64,000 nucleotides of DNA. Source: Eubacteriales bacterium (GTDB lineage Bacteria > Bacillota > Clostridia > Oscillospirales > QAKW01). Location of the stretch: positions 8,534-72,533 of the forward strand of contig JAZQFD010000009.1 in NCBI GenBank assembly GCA_045539335.1, read 5' to 3'. The position numbers were made by a program, and so were the translations under genes. The first letter of the stretch is position 1. The number at the start of each line of letters is the position of its first letter. The notes beneath the pieces were generated by a model. That model saw only the letters and a program-made list of their open reading frames with translations. It searched no databases and was not told where the DNA came from. Positions 50,133-59,791 of the stretch are shown here, piece by piece.

Positions 50133-50897
50133 ATGGATCTGACCATCACCAAGACCATCGCCGCCCTACGCTTGCGCCACTCCCCCACCGGAGTGACCAC
50201 CCATCGGCAAAATCGGGAGCGCTGGGCTCTTGTGCTGAAGCAGCAAGGAAAAACCTACTATACCATCAACGGCCAGCGCATTCTCTCCGACCTTTATCAT
50301 CCTGTTTTATTACCCAAAGGGTGCACGTATTCTTGGACCTGCGAAGAGGCAGGGGAATGCTTATTGGTCGAATTTGATGCATTGGAAACATTCAAAAGCT
50401 GCTTTTCATTCTCTATTTCCGACCCCAGTCTGCTTTTAAGAGGCTTTACTAAAATCGAGAAGGCCTTGAGCTTTTCCAATGAGTTTTTTGAAATCAACTG
50501 CAAGCAGCAGCTATATGAAATGCTCTGCTTTTTATTCAAATCTCAAAACAGAAATTATGTGGATCAAGAAAAGCGAACCCGCTTGAAGCCCGCCCTTGAT
50601 TATATCACCCAATTTTATAATGATGATACCATCAGCAATGAAATGCTGGCTCAGCGGTGCGGGATCAGCACCGTTTATTTCCGCAAGTTATTTGAGCAAG
50701 TCTACGGCGTCTCCCCCATTCGCTTTCTTCACCATCTGCGGATCGAGAAGGCAAAATCCATGCTGGAGAGCGACTATGGTTCTATCTCTCAGATCGCCGA
50801 AAGCGTGGGCTACAGCAGTATTTATCACTTTTCTAAGATGTTTCGCACCTACACCGAGCTCAGTCCCTCGGAATATGCAAAATCCATTCGTCAATAA
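50133..50897 (+). CDS. AraC-family transcriptional regulator
   Basis: YFRKLF...RIEKAK...IAESVGYSSIYHFSKMF; divergent from the catabolic operon. Confidence 0.95.
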   Translation: MDLTITKTIAALRLRHSPTGVTTHRQNRERWALVLKQQGKTYYTINGQRILSDLYHPVLLPKGCTYSWTCEEAGECLLVEFDALETFKSCFSFSISDPSLLLRGFTKIEKALSFSNEFFEINCKQQLYEMLCFLFKSQNRNYVDQEKRTRLKPALDYITQFYNDDTISNEMLAQRCGISTVYFRKLFEQVYGVSPIRFLHHLRIEKAKSMLESDYGSISQIAESVGYSSIYHFSKMFRTYTELSPSEYAKSIRQ

Positions 50898-50923
50898 AAA
50901 AAGCCCCCTTGCGGGGTCTTTTT

Positions 50924-52168
50924 TTATTGTTTTATGGAAGTAACCGTACCGATGAAGATAGGCAGGTCAGTGGTTTCATCTAAAATGAAATAAATAAAAG
51001 GACGGTCTAATTTAATCACTTTCGGCTCTTCGGGCTCTTCGCTAGACCATTTGTCCATAGAAATACCGGTTACCGCTGCTGCCTTGGTTCCTTTTTCATT
51101 TACTTCAATAAAGGTTTTATGCAATACCTGCCCGATATGCAGATCTAAATTGCTCATGTTGGAAAAATCAGCGTCGGGGAAAAAGGCGGTGGGCATTCCC
51201 ATGGCCTCCAGCATGGAATTCAACTCAACGGAATATGCATTGCTGAATTTAGGAAGATGCGCTTCTACCGTTTGGTTTTGTACATTTTTAAGAGTAGAAC
51301 GCAATCCTTCGGTTGTTAATGATTGGATATAGTCCTTCAACTCCACTCCTTCATTGGGCAAAAGGGCACCAAAGCTATAATTGCCGCCCTTATAGGGACG
51401 CAAAAAGCCGATGGCAGAATCCTCTTCCAAATAACGGCTTTGGGTGGAGCGCATAAACTTGGCCAAACCCTTCGTTCCGTCGGAGGCGTGAAAATCATCT
51501 TCATACACATCACTTTTTTCATAAGGCTGAGACCACTTAGCCTCAAAAGCCAAGGCATTAATCAGCATCAGCATCGTTTCGGGCTTAATATAATCCACCA
51601 ATTTTTGAATCATACCATCGGTATGTTGATCCACCCAATGATTGATATCCTCCACCGCACTTTCATCCAACGGACTTTGATATAAAGCGGCATCATAATA
51701 ATCTATATTGGCTTGGATAAACTCTTGGGAAACCGCCAAATCATGAGTATCTCGATACCAGATGGAATCGGCCATCTGCAGTTTGGCATTTTTATCAGAA
51801 GGGAGGTTGCGCATCCAGGTGGATAAATACCCATGGAGTTCCTCGGCAGAATAGCCGCCCAATACCTTCAGCATCTCCTGAGCGGTGGCACCATCGGCAC
51901 CGTTGACCGCCATAGCCAACGCCACCGATACAGAAAGAGGCGATAGCAATAAATTTTCGACATTTTTGCCGGCCACCTGCTGAAACAATGATAAGGAAAA
52001 ACCTAATTGGCCGGTGTAAAAAGTGTCATCTAAGGCTACCGTCTCCGGAGTTCGGCGCTCTAAACCCTCGGTCAAATCCTCAGCCTGTACCCCAATGGCA
52101 CAACCGGAAAGCTGAGTGAGCACCAAAGATAAAACAACAAGAATCCCTATTATTCGCAAGTTTTTCAT
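50924..52168 (-). CDS. Serpin-family lipoprotein
   Basis: LSGC lipobox; LSPLS, INALAFEAKW, EKGTKAAAVT hinge, DRPFIYFI. Confidence 0.93.
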   Translation of the reverse strand: MKNLRIIGILVVLSLVLTQLSGCAIGVQAEDLTEGLERRTPETVALDDTFYTGQLGFSLSLFQQVAGKNVENLLLSPLSVSVALAMAVNGADGATAQEMLKVLGGYSAEELHGYLSTWMRNLPSDKNAKLQMADSIWYRDTHDLAVSQEFIQANIDYYDAALYQSPLDESAVEDINHWVDQHTDGMIQKLVDYIKPETMLMLINALAFEAKWSQPYEKSDVYEDDFHASDGTKGLAKFMRSTQSRYLEEDSAIGFLRPYKGGNYSFGALLPNEGVELKDYIQSLTTEGLRSTLKNVQNQTVEAHLPKFSNAYSVELNSMLEAMGMPTAFFPDADFSNMSNLDLHIGQVLHKTFIEVNEKGTKAAAVTGISMDKWSSEEPEEPKVIKLDRPFIYFILDETTDLPIFIGTVTSIKQ

Positions 52169-52193
52169 CCATCACCACTCCTTTCACTATTCA

Positions 52194-52220
52194 TACGATT
52201 GAGCCTTTAAAAATGTTGCA
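52194..52220 (-). promoter_or_regulatory. ECF sigma (SigW/SigV-like) promoter of the serpin gene
   Basis: TGCAAC-N17-CGTA between the pyrI terminator and the serpin RBS. Confidence 0.55.
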
Positions 52221-52255
52221 TCGATTTTAAAAAATCCCCCATATGGGGGATTTTT

Positions 52256-52672
52256 TTATTTTGCTTTGGTTTCGCAATAGATGCAGCGATAGATTCGCTT
52301 ATCGGGATCGGTTAATTTGAAGATATGGGGCAGTTCCTGCTCGGTGGTGGTGATACAACGGGGATTTTTGCAGGTGATCACATTGGTCAGCTTCTCCGGC
52401 AGACCGATGGAGCGCTTTTCCACCAACACGCTGTCTTTAATAATATTAACGGTGGCATGGGGGTCTACATAGCCCAAAATATCCATATCCAGATCAAATT
52501 CACCGTTGATTTTGATAATATCCTTGCGCCCCATTTTGGCGCTGGTCACATTTTGCATGATCGCCACGGGGCAATCCATCTTTTTCAGCTTCAAAAGCTT
52601 GTAAAGGTCCATTGCTTTACCGGCGGTGATATGGTCGATGACGATACCGTCTTTAATTGCATCAATCTTCAT
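52256..52672 (-). CDS. pyrI: Aspartate carbamoyltransferase regulatory subunit
   Basis: GIVIDHI, CKNPRC...CIYC zinc site. Confidence 0.96.
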   Translation of the reverse strand: MKIDAIKDGIVIDHITAGKAMDLYKLLKLKKMDCPVAIMQNVTSAKMGRKDIIKINGEFDLDMDILGYVDPHATVNIIKDSVLVEKRSIGLPEKLTNVITCKNPRCITTTEQELPHIFKLTDPDKRIYRCIYCETKAK

Positions 52673-52673
52673 C

Positions 52674-53588
52674 TCATTCCACCTCCAATAATTTCAAAAT
52701 CAGCGCCATTCTCATGTATTTCCCGTTCAAAACCTGCTGGAAATAAACGGCACGAGGATCACGATCCACCCCAACACTGATCTCATTAACACGAGGCAGG
52801 GGATGCAGGATCCGCAGATCGGAGCCGGCCTTTTCCAACTTTTCGGGAGTGAGAATATAACTATCCTTCAGGCGCAGATAATCTTCTTCATTGAAGAAGC
52901 GCTCCCGCTGCACACGGGTCATATAAAGAATATCCAGTTCCGGCAAAGCCCCTTCCAAATCGGTGGTTTGGGTATAGGGGATCCCATTTTTTTCCAGAAT
53001 ATCCTTCTTTACATAACTGGGGAGTTTCAATTCCTCGGGAGAGATCAGCACAAAGCGATTGCCGGTATAGCGAGCCATGGCGGCAATCAGAGAATGAACG
53101 GTTCTGCCGAACTTTAAGTCGCCGCACAACCCGATGGTTAAACCGGTGAACCTCCCCTTTTCCCGCCAGATGGTCAGAAGATCGGCCAAGGTCTGAGTGG
53201 GATGGTTATGACCGCCATCGCCGGCATTGATCACGGGGATGGAGGCATTGGTCGCTGCCACCATGGGTGCACCCTCTTTGGGATGGCGCATGGCGATAAT
53301 ATCGGCATAGCAACTGATGGTTTTGGCTGTGTCGGCCACACTCTCGCCTTTTGCGGCAGAGGAACTGCCGGCGCTGGCCATAGAGAGTACATTACCGCCC
53401 AGTTCGTACATGGCCGCCTCAAAGGAAAGGCGGGTGCGGGTGGAGGGCTCAAAGAACAAGGTGGCAAGTTTTTTATGCTTACACTTTTCTTGATACTTTG
53501 CCGGATTGGCGATAATATCTTCCGCCACGGCCACCAGCTCATCGATCTCAGCGGGGGTCAGTTCTAAAATATCAATTAAGCTTCTCAT
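52674..53588 (-). CDS. pyrB: Aspartate carbamoyltransferase catalytic subunit
   Basis: [22 protein letters not shown]. Confidence 0.98.
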   Translation of the reverse strand: MRSLIDILELTPAEIDELVAVAEDIIANPAKYQEKCKHKKLATLFFEPSTRTRLSFEAAMYELGGNVLSMASAGSSSAAKGESVADTAKTISCYADIIAMRHPKEGAPMVAATNASIPVINAGDGGHNHPTQTLADLLTIWREKGRFTGLTIGLCGDLKFGRTVHSLIAAMARYTGNRFVLISPEELKLPSYVKKDILEKNGIPYTQTTDLEGALPELDILYMTRVQRERFFNEEDYLRLKDSYILTPEKLEKAGSDLRILHPLPRVNEISVGVDRDPRAVYFQQVLNGKYMRMALILKLLEVE

Positions 53589-54241
53589 GCTTTTGCACCG
53601 TTGACCGCCAGATAATTCTTGATACGGGCAACATTCTCCGCATTTTTCTCATCCTCTTCCAGATACTCGATAATGTCATAAACATCCACTACCGAATAAA
53701 CGGGGAATCCGAATTCCTCCTCAATCTCCTGCATGGCGCCCTTTTCGCCCTGACCCTTTTCTTTACGGTCTACCATTACAAAGGTAGCAGCAACCTTAGC
53801 GCCCTCTAAGGTGGAAAGGTTCGCCATACTCTCACGGATGGCGGTACCGGCGGTGATGACATCCTCTACAATGACGATCTCCTCCCCTGCCTGAGGCACA
53901 TAGCCCACAAAGATGCCGCCTTCGCCATGATCCTTCACCTCTTTGCGGTTGAAGAAGAAGGGTACATCCAGCCCGTTTTTAGCCAGTGCAACCGACACCG
54001 AAACGGCGATGGGAATTCCCTTATAAGCAGGGCCATAGAGAACGGTAGCCTTTTTGCCTACCTTCTCAAAATAAGCTTTGGCATAAAACTCGCCTAATCT
54101 AGCAATCTCTTCACCGGTTTTGATCTGACCGGCATTGATGAAATAGGGAATCTTTCTGCCGCTTTTAGCGGTGAAATCGCCGAACTTTAATACGCCGGCA
54201 CTCTCTAAAAACTGAATAAACTCTCTTTTATATCCTTCCAT
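53585..54241 (-). CDS. pyrE: Orotate phosphoribosyltransferase
   Basis: [21 protein letters not shown]. Confidence 0.96.
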   Translation of the reverse strand: MEGYKREFIQFLESAGVLKFGDFTAKSGRKIPYFINAGQIKTGEEIARLGEFYAKAYFEKVGKKATVLYGPAYKGIPIAVSVSVALAKNGLDVPFFFNRKEVKDHGEGGIFVGYVPQAGEEIVIVEDVITAGTAIRESMANLSTLEGAKVAATFVMVDRKEKGQGEKGAMQEIEEEFGFPVYSVVDVYDIIEYLEEDEKNAENVARIKNYLAVNGAKA

Positions 54242-54254
54242 TTCAGACACTCCT

Positions 54255-54959
54255 TTAATCACAAAATTCTGCCACGCAACGGCGGTAGGCGGCAACGGGA
54301 TCTTCGGCAGCGGTGATGGGACGGCCCACCACAATATAATCACTGCCTACTTTTTTCGCCTCGGCAGGGGTCATCACACGCTTCTGATCGCCAATATCGC
54401 CATCAGCAAAGCGCACGCCGGGGGTCACGGTCAAAAAGTTTTTGCCGCAGGTATCATGCACCTTGCCTGCCTCCAAGGGAGAGCAAACAACGCCATCCAA
54501 GCCGGCCTTTGCGGCATTTCCAGCATAGTGCATGACCACCTGATCAATGGGCTCTTTGATCAAAAGATCCCGCTCCATCCGCTCCTGATCGGTAGAAGTC
54601 AACTGAGTAACAGCAATCAATAAGGGGCGGGTGCCGTTGGGACGGGTCAGCCCCTCCAAAGCGCCTTCCATCATGGAGATGGTGCCGGCGGCATGCAGGT
54701 TGGTCATATCCACATCCAAGCGAGACAAAACGGCCATGGCCTTTTTCACGGTATTGGGAATATCATGAAGTTTCAGATCCAAAAAGATCTTATGGCCTCT
54801 CTCCTTTAACTCCCGCACAATGGAAGGACCTTCGGCATAAAACAATTCCATACCGATCTTCAAGAAGGGCTTACGCTCCTCCTTCTTAAAAAGATCCAAA
54901 AACTTTAAGGTTTCTTCCTTGCTTGCAAAGTCGCAAGCGATGATGACATCTTTGCCCAT
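54255..54959 (-). CDS. pyrF: Orotidine-5'-phosphate decarboxylase
   Basis: DLKLHDIPNT, VTPGVR, VVGRPI. Confidence 0.97.
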   Translation of the reverse strand: MGKDVIIACDFASKEETLKFLDLFKKEERKPFLKIGMELFYAEGPSIVRELKERGHKIFLDLKLHDIPNTVKKAMAVLSRLDVDMTNLHAAGTISMMEGALEGLTRPNGTRPLLIAVTQLTSTDQERMERDLLIKEPIDQVVMHYAGNAAKAGLDGVVCSPLEAGKVHDTCGKNFLTVTPGVRFADGDIGDQKRVMTPAEAKKVGSDYIVVGRPITAAEDPVAAYRRCVAEFCD

Positions 54960-55870
54960 TAGTGTGCTCCTCCTATGATATCTTTCAAATTGGTGATTCC
55001 ATATTTTTCCATCGCCCGAGGCAGATCCTCAATGATCTTTTTGCAGGCGAAGGGATCCCGCAGGTTAGCAGCCCCCACCTGAACGGCGGTAGCACCGGCC
55101 AGCATCAGTTCCAAGACATCCTCGGCGGTAGAAACACCGCCCATTCCCACAATGGGGATCTTCACGGCATCATAGACCTGATAGATCATTCTCACCGCCA
55201 CCGGCTTGATGGCGGGGCCGGAAAAGCCGCCCATTTTATTGGCAAGCACCGGTTTTTTGGATTTAAGATCGATCACCATGCCCAGCATGGTATTGATCAT
55301 GCTGATTCCATCGGCGCCGGCTTCCTCACAGGCCTTGGCGATGGAAACAATATCGGTCACATTGGGGGTCAGCTTCATTATGATGGGTTTATTGGTCACT
55401 TTACGCACCTCGGCAGTAACCGAAGCGGCGGCCTTGGGATCGGTACCGAAGCTCATGCCGCCCCCATGAACATTGGGGCAGGATACATTCACTTCAAACC
55501 AAGCGATCTGATCCTCGGCATCCAGTTTTCGCACCGTTTCTCGATACTCATCCAAAGAAAAGCCGCTGACATTGGCCATAATGGGCCCATTAAAGCAAGC
55601 CTTCAGCTTGGGCAGTTCCTCTGCCAGCACCTTATCCACGCCGGGGTTTTGAAGCCCTACGGCATTGAGCATTCCTTCCGCACACTCGGCAATGCGAGGG
55701 GTGGGGTTTCCGAAACGAGGCTCCAGCGTGGTACCCTTAAAAGAAAGAGAGCCCAAGCAATTAATATCATAAACCTCGGCAAACTCATACCCGAATCCAT
55801 AGGTTCCACTGGCGGGGATAATAGGATTCTTCAGTTCGGTGCCTAAGAGGTTCACTTTTGTGTTTACCAT
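54959..55870 (-). CDS. pyrD: Dihydroorotate dehydrogenase B, catalytic subunit
   Basis: ASGT, NAVGLQNPG, NVSCPN, KLTPN. Confidence 0.97.
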   Translation of the reverse strand: MVNTKVNLLGTELKNPIIPASGTYGFGYEFAEVYDINCLGSLSFKGTTLEPRFGNPTPRIAECAEGMLNAVGLQNPGVDKVLAEELPKLKACFNGPIMANVSGFSLDEYRETVRKLDAEDQIAWFEVNVSCPNVHGGGMSFGTDPKAAASVTAEVRKVTNKPIIMKLTPNVTDIVSIAKACEEAGADGISMINTMLGMVIDLKSKKPVLANKMGGFSGPAIKPVAVRMIYQVYDAVKIPIVGMGGVSTAEDVLELMLAGATAVQVGAANLRDPFACKKIIEDLPRAMEKYGITNLKDIIGGAH

Positions 55871-56595
55871 ATGATCTCCTCCCTTTCCATCACAGGGCCT
55901 TCCTTACAAATACGCTTATTGCCGTATTTGGTTTTGCAGGAGCAACCCATGCATGCGCCAAAGCCACAGCCCATCCGCTCCTCAAAGCTATATTGGCCGG
56001 AGGTCTTGGCGATTTTTTCGATAGCCTTAAACATAGGCTCGGGACCACAGGTGAAGAAATAATCATAATCCATATCCTTCATGGCATCGGTAACAAAACC
56101 CTTCACGCCCATGCTTCCATCGGCGGTGGCTACGGTAACCGAAGCGCCCAGCGCCTCGAATTCTTCTTTTAAGAACACTTCCTCTGCGGTATTGAAGCCT
56201 AAGATCACAGAAGGCTTTTTGCCCTCAGCAATCAGTTTTTTACAAAGAGCATAGAGAGGAGGAACGCCCACGCCTCCGCCGATCAAGAGGGGATGCTCCC
56301 CGCTTTTGGCGGTATTATAGCCATTGCCCAGACCCGAGAGGGTATCCAAGGTCTCCCCTGCCTTCATTTGACTCATCTGCTCGGTGCCACCCCCCACCAC
56401 CTTATAGATGAGAGTAAGGCTGCCCTCGCCCCAATCGCAAACGGAAATGGGGCGGCGCAGATACTTCCCGTCCAGCAGCAGGTTCACAAACTGGCCGGTG
56501 GCGGTGATGGCCGAGGTATCCCCGGCCAACTCCATGCGAAAGACATCTTTTGCAATCTTTTCTTGAGATTGAATGGTGAAAATTCCTTGTTTCAT
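55864..56595 (-). CDS. pyrK: Dihydroorotate dehydrogenase electron transfer subunit
   Basis: LRRPIS, GGGVGVPP, ERMGCGFGACMGC. Confidence 0.96.
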   Translation of the reverse strand: MKQGIFTIQSQEKIAKDVFRMELAGDTSAITATGQFVNLLLDGKYLRRPISVCDWGEGSLTLIYKVVGGGTEQMSQMKAGETLDTLSGLGNGYNTAKSGEHPLLIGGGVGVPPLYALCKKLIAEGKKPSVILGFNTAEEVFLKEEFEALGASVTVATADGSMGVKGFVTDAMKDMDYDYFFTCGPEPMFKAIEKIAKTSGQYSFEERMGCGFGACMGCSCKTKYGNKRICKEGPVMEREEIIW

Positions 56596-56603
56596 ACAGC
56601 ACC

Positions 56604-59600
56604 TCACGCATCAATGGTGGAGATACACAAAGTGGTCTCTTCCAGTACATCCAAAAGCACCTTCACCGTATCCAAAGAGGTAAAAAGGGTCACATTATTC
56701 TCGGTGGCAGAGCGGCGGATTTCATGACCGTCGGTCACAGGCCCCTGGGAATTAATATCTCGGGTATTAATCACATAAGCGATATGACCCTGACGGATGG
56801 CTTCGGGAATCTCATCGCTGCCATCGCCGATCTTTTTGAGCACATGGGTGCGAATGCCGTTTTCCTTCAAGAACTTGGCGGTGCCGGCGGTGGCTTCAAT
56901 ATTGAAGCCCAGATTATAGAAGCGGCGGATCAAGGGCAGAGCCTCTTCCTTATCGTCATCGGCGATGGTGGCAAGCACCGTGCCGTAATTCTGTAGCTTC
57001 ATGCCGGAGGCCTGCAAGCCTTTATAGAGCGCACGGTTAAACTTATCATCGTAGCCAATGGCCTCTCCGGTGGACTTCATTTCGGGGGAAAGATAAGCAT
57101 CCAGACCACGGATCTTGCTGAAGGAGAAGACAGGCACCTTCACATAATGGCGCTTTTTCTCCTCGGGATAGATCTCGAAGATTCCCTGCTCCTTAAGGCT
57201 CTTACCTAAGATGACCTCGGTGGCAATATCGGCAAGGCTATAGCCGGTTGCCTTAGAGAGGAAGGGAACGGTACGGGAAGAACGGGGGTTCACCTCAATG
57301 ATAAAAACATTATCATCCTTATCCACAATAAACTGAATGTTATAAAGACCCACAATGCCGATACCCAGACCCAGCTTCTTGGCATACTGCAAAATGATGC
57401 CCTTTACCTTATCGGAGATGCTGAAGGTGGGATAAACGCTGATGGAGTCGCCGCTATGGATGCCGGTACGCTCTACCAACTCCATGATGCCGGGGACAAA
57501 GACATCCCGACCGTCGCAAATTGCATCGATCTCCACTTCCTTGCCCTGAATGTATTTATCTACCAAAACGGGCTTATCTTCATCAATTTTAACGGCGGTC
57601 TTCAAATAATGGCGCAGCTGCTCTTCATCGGCCACAATCTGCATGGCTCTGCCGCCCAACACAAAGGAGGGACGAACCAAAACCGGATAGCCGATCTCGG
57701 CGGCGGCACGAACACCATCTTCAATCTTGGTAACGGCCTGACCTTGGGGCTGAGGAATATTCAGTTCCTTCAAAATCCGCTCAAAACTGCCTCGGTCCTC
57801 TGCCCGCTCAATGGCGGCGCAATCGGTACCGATGATCTTAACGCCACGCTCCATCAAAGGCTCTGCCAGATTAATCGCCGTCTGCCCGCCCAAGGAGGCG
57901 ATGACGCCGATGGGCTGCTCAAACTCGATGATGTTCATCACATCCTCGGTGGTCAGAGGCTCGAAATACAGCTTATCGGAGCAGGTATAGTCGGTGGAAA
58001 CGGTTTCGGGGTTGTTATTGATAATAATGGCTTCATAGCCGGAATTCTTAATGGTGGTAACGGCATGAACGGTGGAATAGTCAAATTCCACGCCCTGACC
58101 GATACGGATGGGGCCTGCGCCCAGCACGATGATCTTTTTACGATCGGTCAGCACCGATTTATTCTCACCCTGATAAGAGGAGTAGAAATAAGGGATATAC
58201 GCATTGGTATGGCAGGTATCCACCATCTTATAGACGGGGATGATTCCCTTTTCACGGCGAAGGTTATAAACCTCCAGTTCGGTCATTCCCCACAGGCGGG
58301 CGGTGAACTTATCACCAAAGCCCATCTTCTTGGCCTCTTTCAACACAGCAAGGTCGCCCTTATTGGCAGAGAGCTTTTGCTCCATGGCCACAATGCGGGC
58401 AAAGGCCTCCAAGAAATAGGGCGTGATCTTGGTAACATCATGGATTTTTTCCAAGGCGACGCCACGGCGCATCAATTCCACAACGGCGAAGATATTATCG
58501 TCTTTAAACTCCTCGATATAAGCCAGCAGGTCGCTCTCGCTCATGGTATCGAACTTCGGCAGATGGAAATGGCAAGCGCCGATCTCCAAAGAGCGCACCG
58601 ATTTCAAAAGGCATTCCTCCAAGGTGGAGCCGATGCCCATAACCTCGCCGGTGGCCTTCATCTGAGTGCCCAGGGTATTGGGGGCGGTGGGGAATTTATC
58701 GAAGGGGAAGCGAGGCAGCTTAGCCACCACATAATCCAAAAGCGGCTCAAAAGCGGCGGTGGTATTGGCGATAGCAATATCCTCCAGCGCCATGCCCACG
58801 GCAATCTTGGCCGTTACCCGAGCAATGGGATAGCCCGATGCTTTGGATGCCAAAGCAGAGGAGCGGGACACACGGGGGTTGACCTCGATCAAATAATACT
58901 CGCTGGAATGAGGATTGAGAGCAAACTGCACATTACAACCGCCTTCGATCTTCAGTTCACGGATGATCTTAATGGCGCTGTCGTTGAGCATCTTCAGATC
59001 ATGGTCATTGAGGCTCATAATGGGAGCCACCACCAAAGAGTCACCGGTATGCACACCAACAGGATCGATATTCTCCATGCCACAGATGGTGATGGCATGA
59101 TCGTTGGAGTCTCTCATAACCTCGAATTCGATCTCTTTATAGCCCTTCACGCTCTTTTCGATCAACACCTGATGAACAGGAGAAAGCTTAAAGGCATTAC
59201 GGCCCACCTCCAGCAGTTCTTCTTCGCTGTAAGCAAAACCGCCGCCGGTGCCGCCCAAGGTAAAGGCGGGACGCAAAACAACGGGATAGCCGATGCGGGC
59301 AGCCGCTTCTTTGGCTTCTTCCAAGCTATAGGTGATTTCAGAGGGGATGGTAGGCTCGCCGATGGACTGGCAAAGTTCTTTAAAGAGCTCACGGTCCTCT
59401 GCACGCTGGATGCTTTCACTACTGGTGCCCAGCAGCTCCACGCCGCACTCCTTGAGAATGCCTTTTTTCTCCAACTGCATCGCCAGATTCAAACCGGTCT
59501 GACCGCCGCTGCCGGGAACGATGGCATCCGGACGCTCATAGCGGAGGATCTTTGCCACATACTCCAAGGTCAGCGGCTCCATATACACCTTATCGGCGAT

Positions 59601-59777
59601 GGTGGTATCGGTCATAATGGTAGCGGGGTTGGAGTTGCAAAGCACAACCTCATAGCCCTCTTCCTTCAATGCCAAGCAGGCCTGGGTGCCTGCATAATCG
59701 AACTCCGCCGCCTGACCGATCACGATGGGGCCGGAGCCGATAATCAAAATCTTTTTCAAGTCTGTTCTTTTTGCCAT
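56604..59777 (-). CDS. carB: Carbamoyl-phosphate synthase large subunit
   Basis: GSGPIVIGQAAEFDY, duplicated ATP-grasp (IEVNPR twice), MGS domain. Confidence 0.98.
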   Translation of the reverse strand: MAKRTDLKKILIIGSGPIVIGQAAEFDYAGTQACLALKEEGYEVVLCNSNPATIMTDTTIADKVYMEPLTLEYVAKILRYERPDAIVPGSGGQTGLNLAMQLEKKGILKECGVELLGTSSESIQRAEDRELFKELCQSIGEPTIPSEITYSLEEAKEAAARIGYPVVLRPAFTLGGTGGGFAYSEEELLEVGRNAFKLSPVHQVLIEKSVKGYKEIEFEVMRDSNDHAITICGMENIDPVGVHTGDSLVVAPIMSLNDHDLKMLNDSAIKIIRELKIEGGCNVQFALNPHSSEYYLIEVNPRVSRSSALASKASGYPIARVTAKIAVGMALEDIAIANTTAAFEPLLDYVVAKLPRFPFDKFPTAPNTLGTQMKATGEVMGIGSTLEECLLKSVRSLEIGACHFHLPKFDTMSESDLLAYIEEFKDDNIFAVVELMRRGVALEKIHDVTKITPYFLEAFARIVAMEQKLSANKGDLAVLKEAKKMGFGDKFTARLWGMTELEVYNLRREKGIIPVYKMVDTCHTNAYIPYFYSSYQGENKSVLTDRKKIIVLGAGPIRIGQGVEFDYSTVHAVTTIKNSGYEAIIINNNPETVSTDYTCSDKLYFEPLTTEDVMNIIEFEQPIGVIASLGGQTAINLAEPLMERGVKIIGTDCAAIERAEDRGSFERILKELNIPQPQGQAVTKIEDGVRAAAEIGYPVLVRPSFVLGGRAMQIVADEEQLRHYLKTAVKIDEDKPVLVDKYIQGKEVEIDAICDGRDVFVPGIMELVERTGIHSGDSISVYPTFSISDKVKGIILQYAKKLGLGIGIVGLYNIQFIVDKDDNVFIIEVNPRSSRTVPFLSKATGYSLADIATEVILGKSLKEQGIFEIYPEEKKRHYVKVPVFSFSKIRGLDAYLSPEMKSTGEAIGYDDKFNRALYKGLQASGMKLQNYGTVLATIADDDKEEALPLIRRFYNLGFNIEATAGTAKFLKENGIRTHVLKKIGDGSDEIPEAIRQGHIAYVINTRDINSQGPVTDGHEIRRSATENNVTLFTSLDTVKVLLDVLEETTLCISTIDA

Positions 59778-59791
59778 GTTCTACATCCTCC

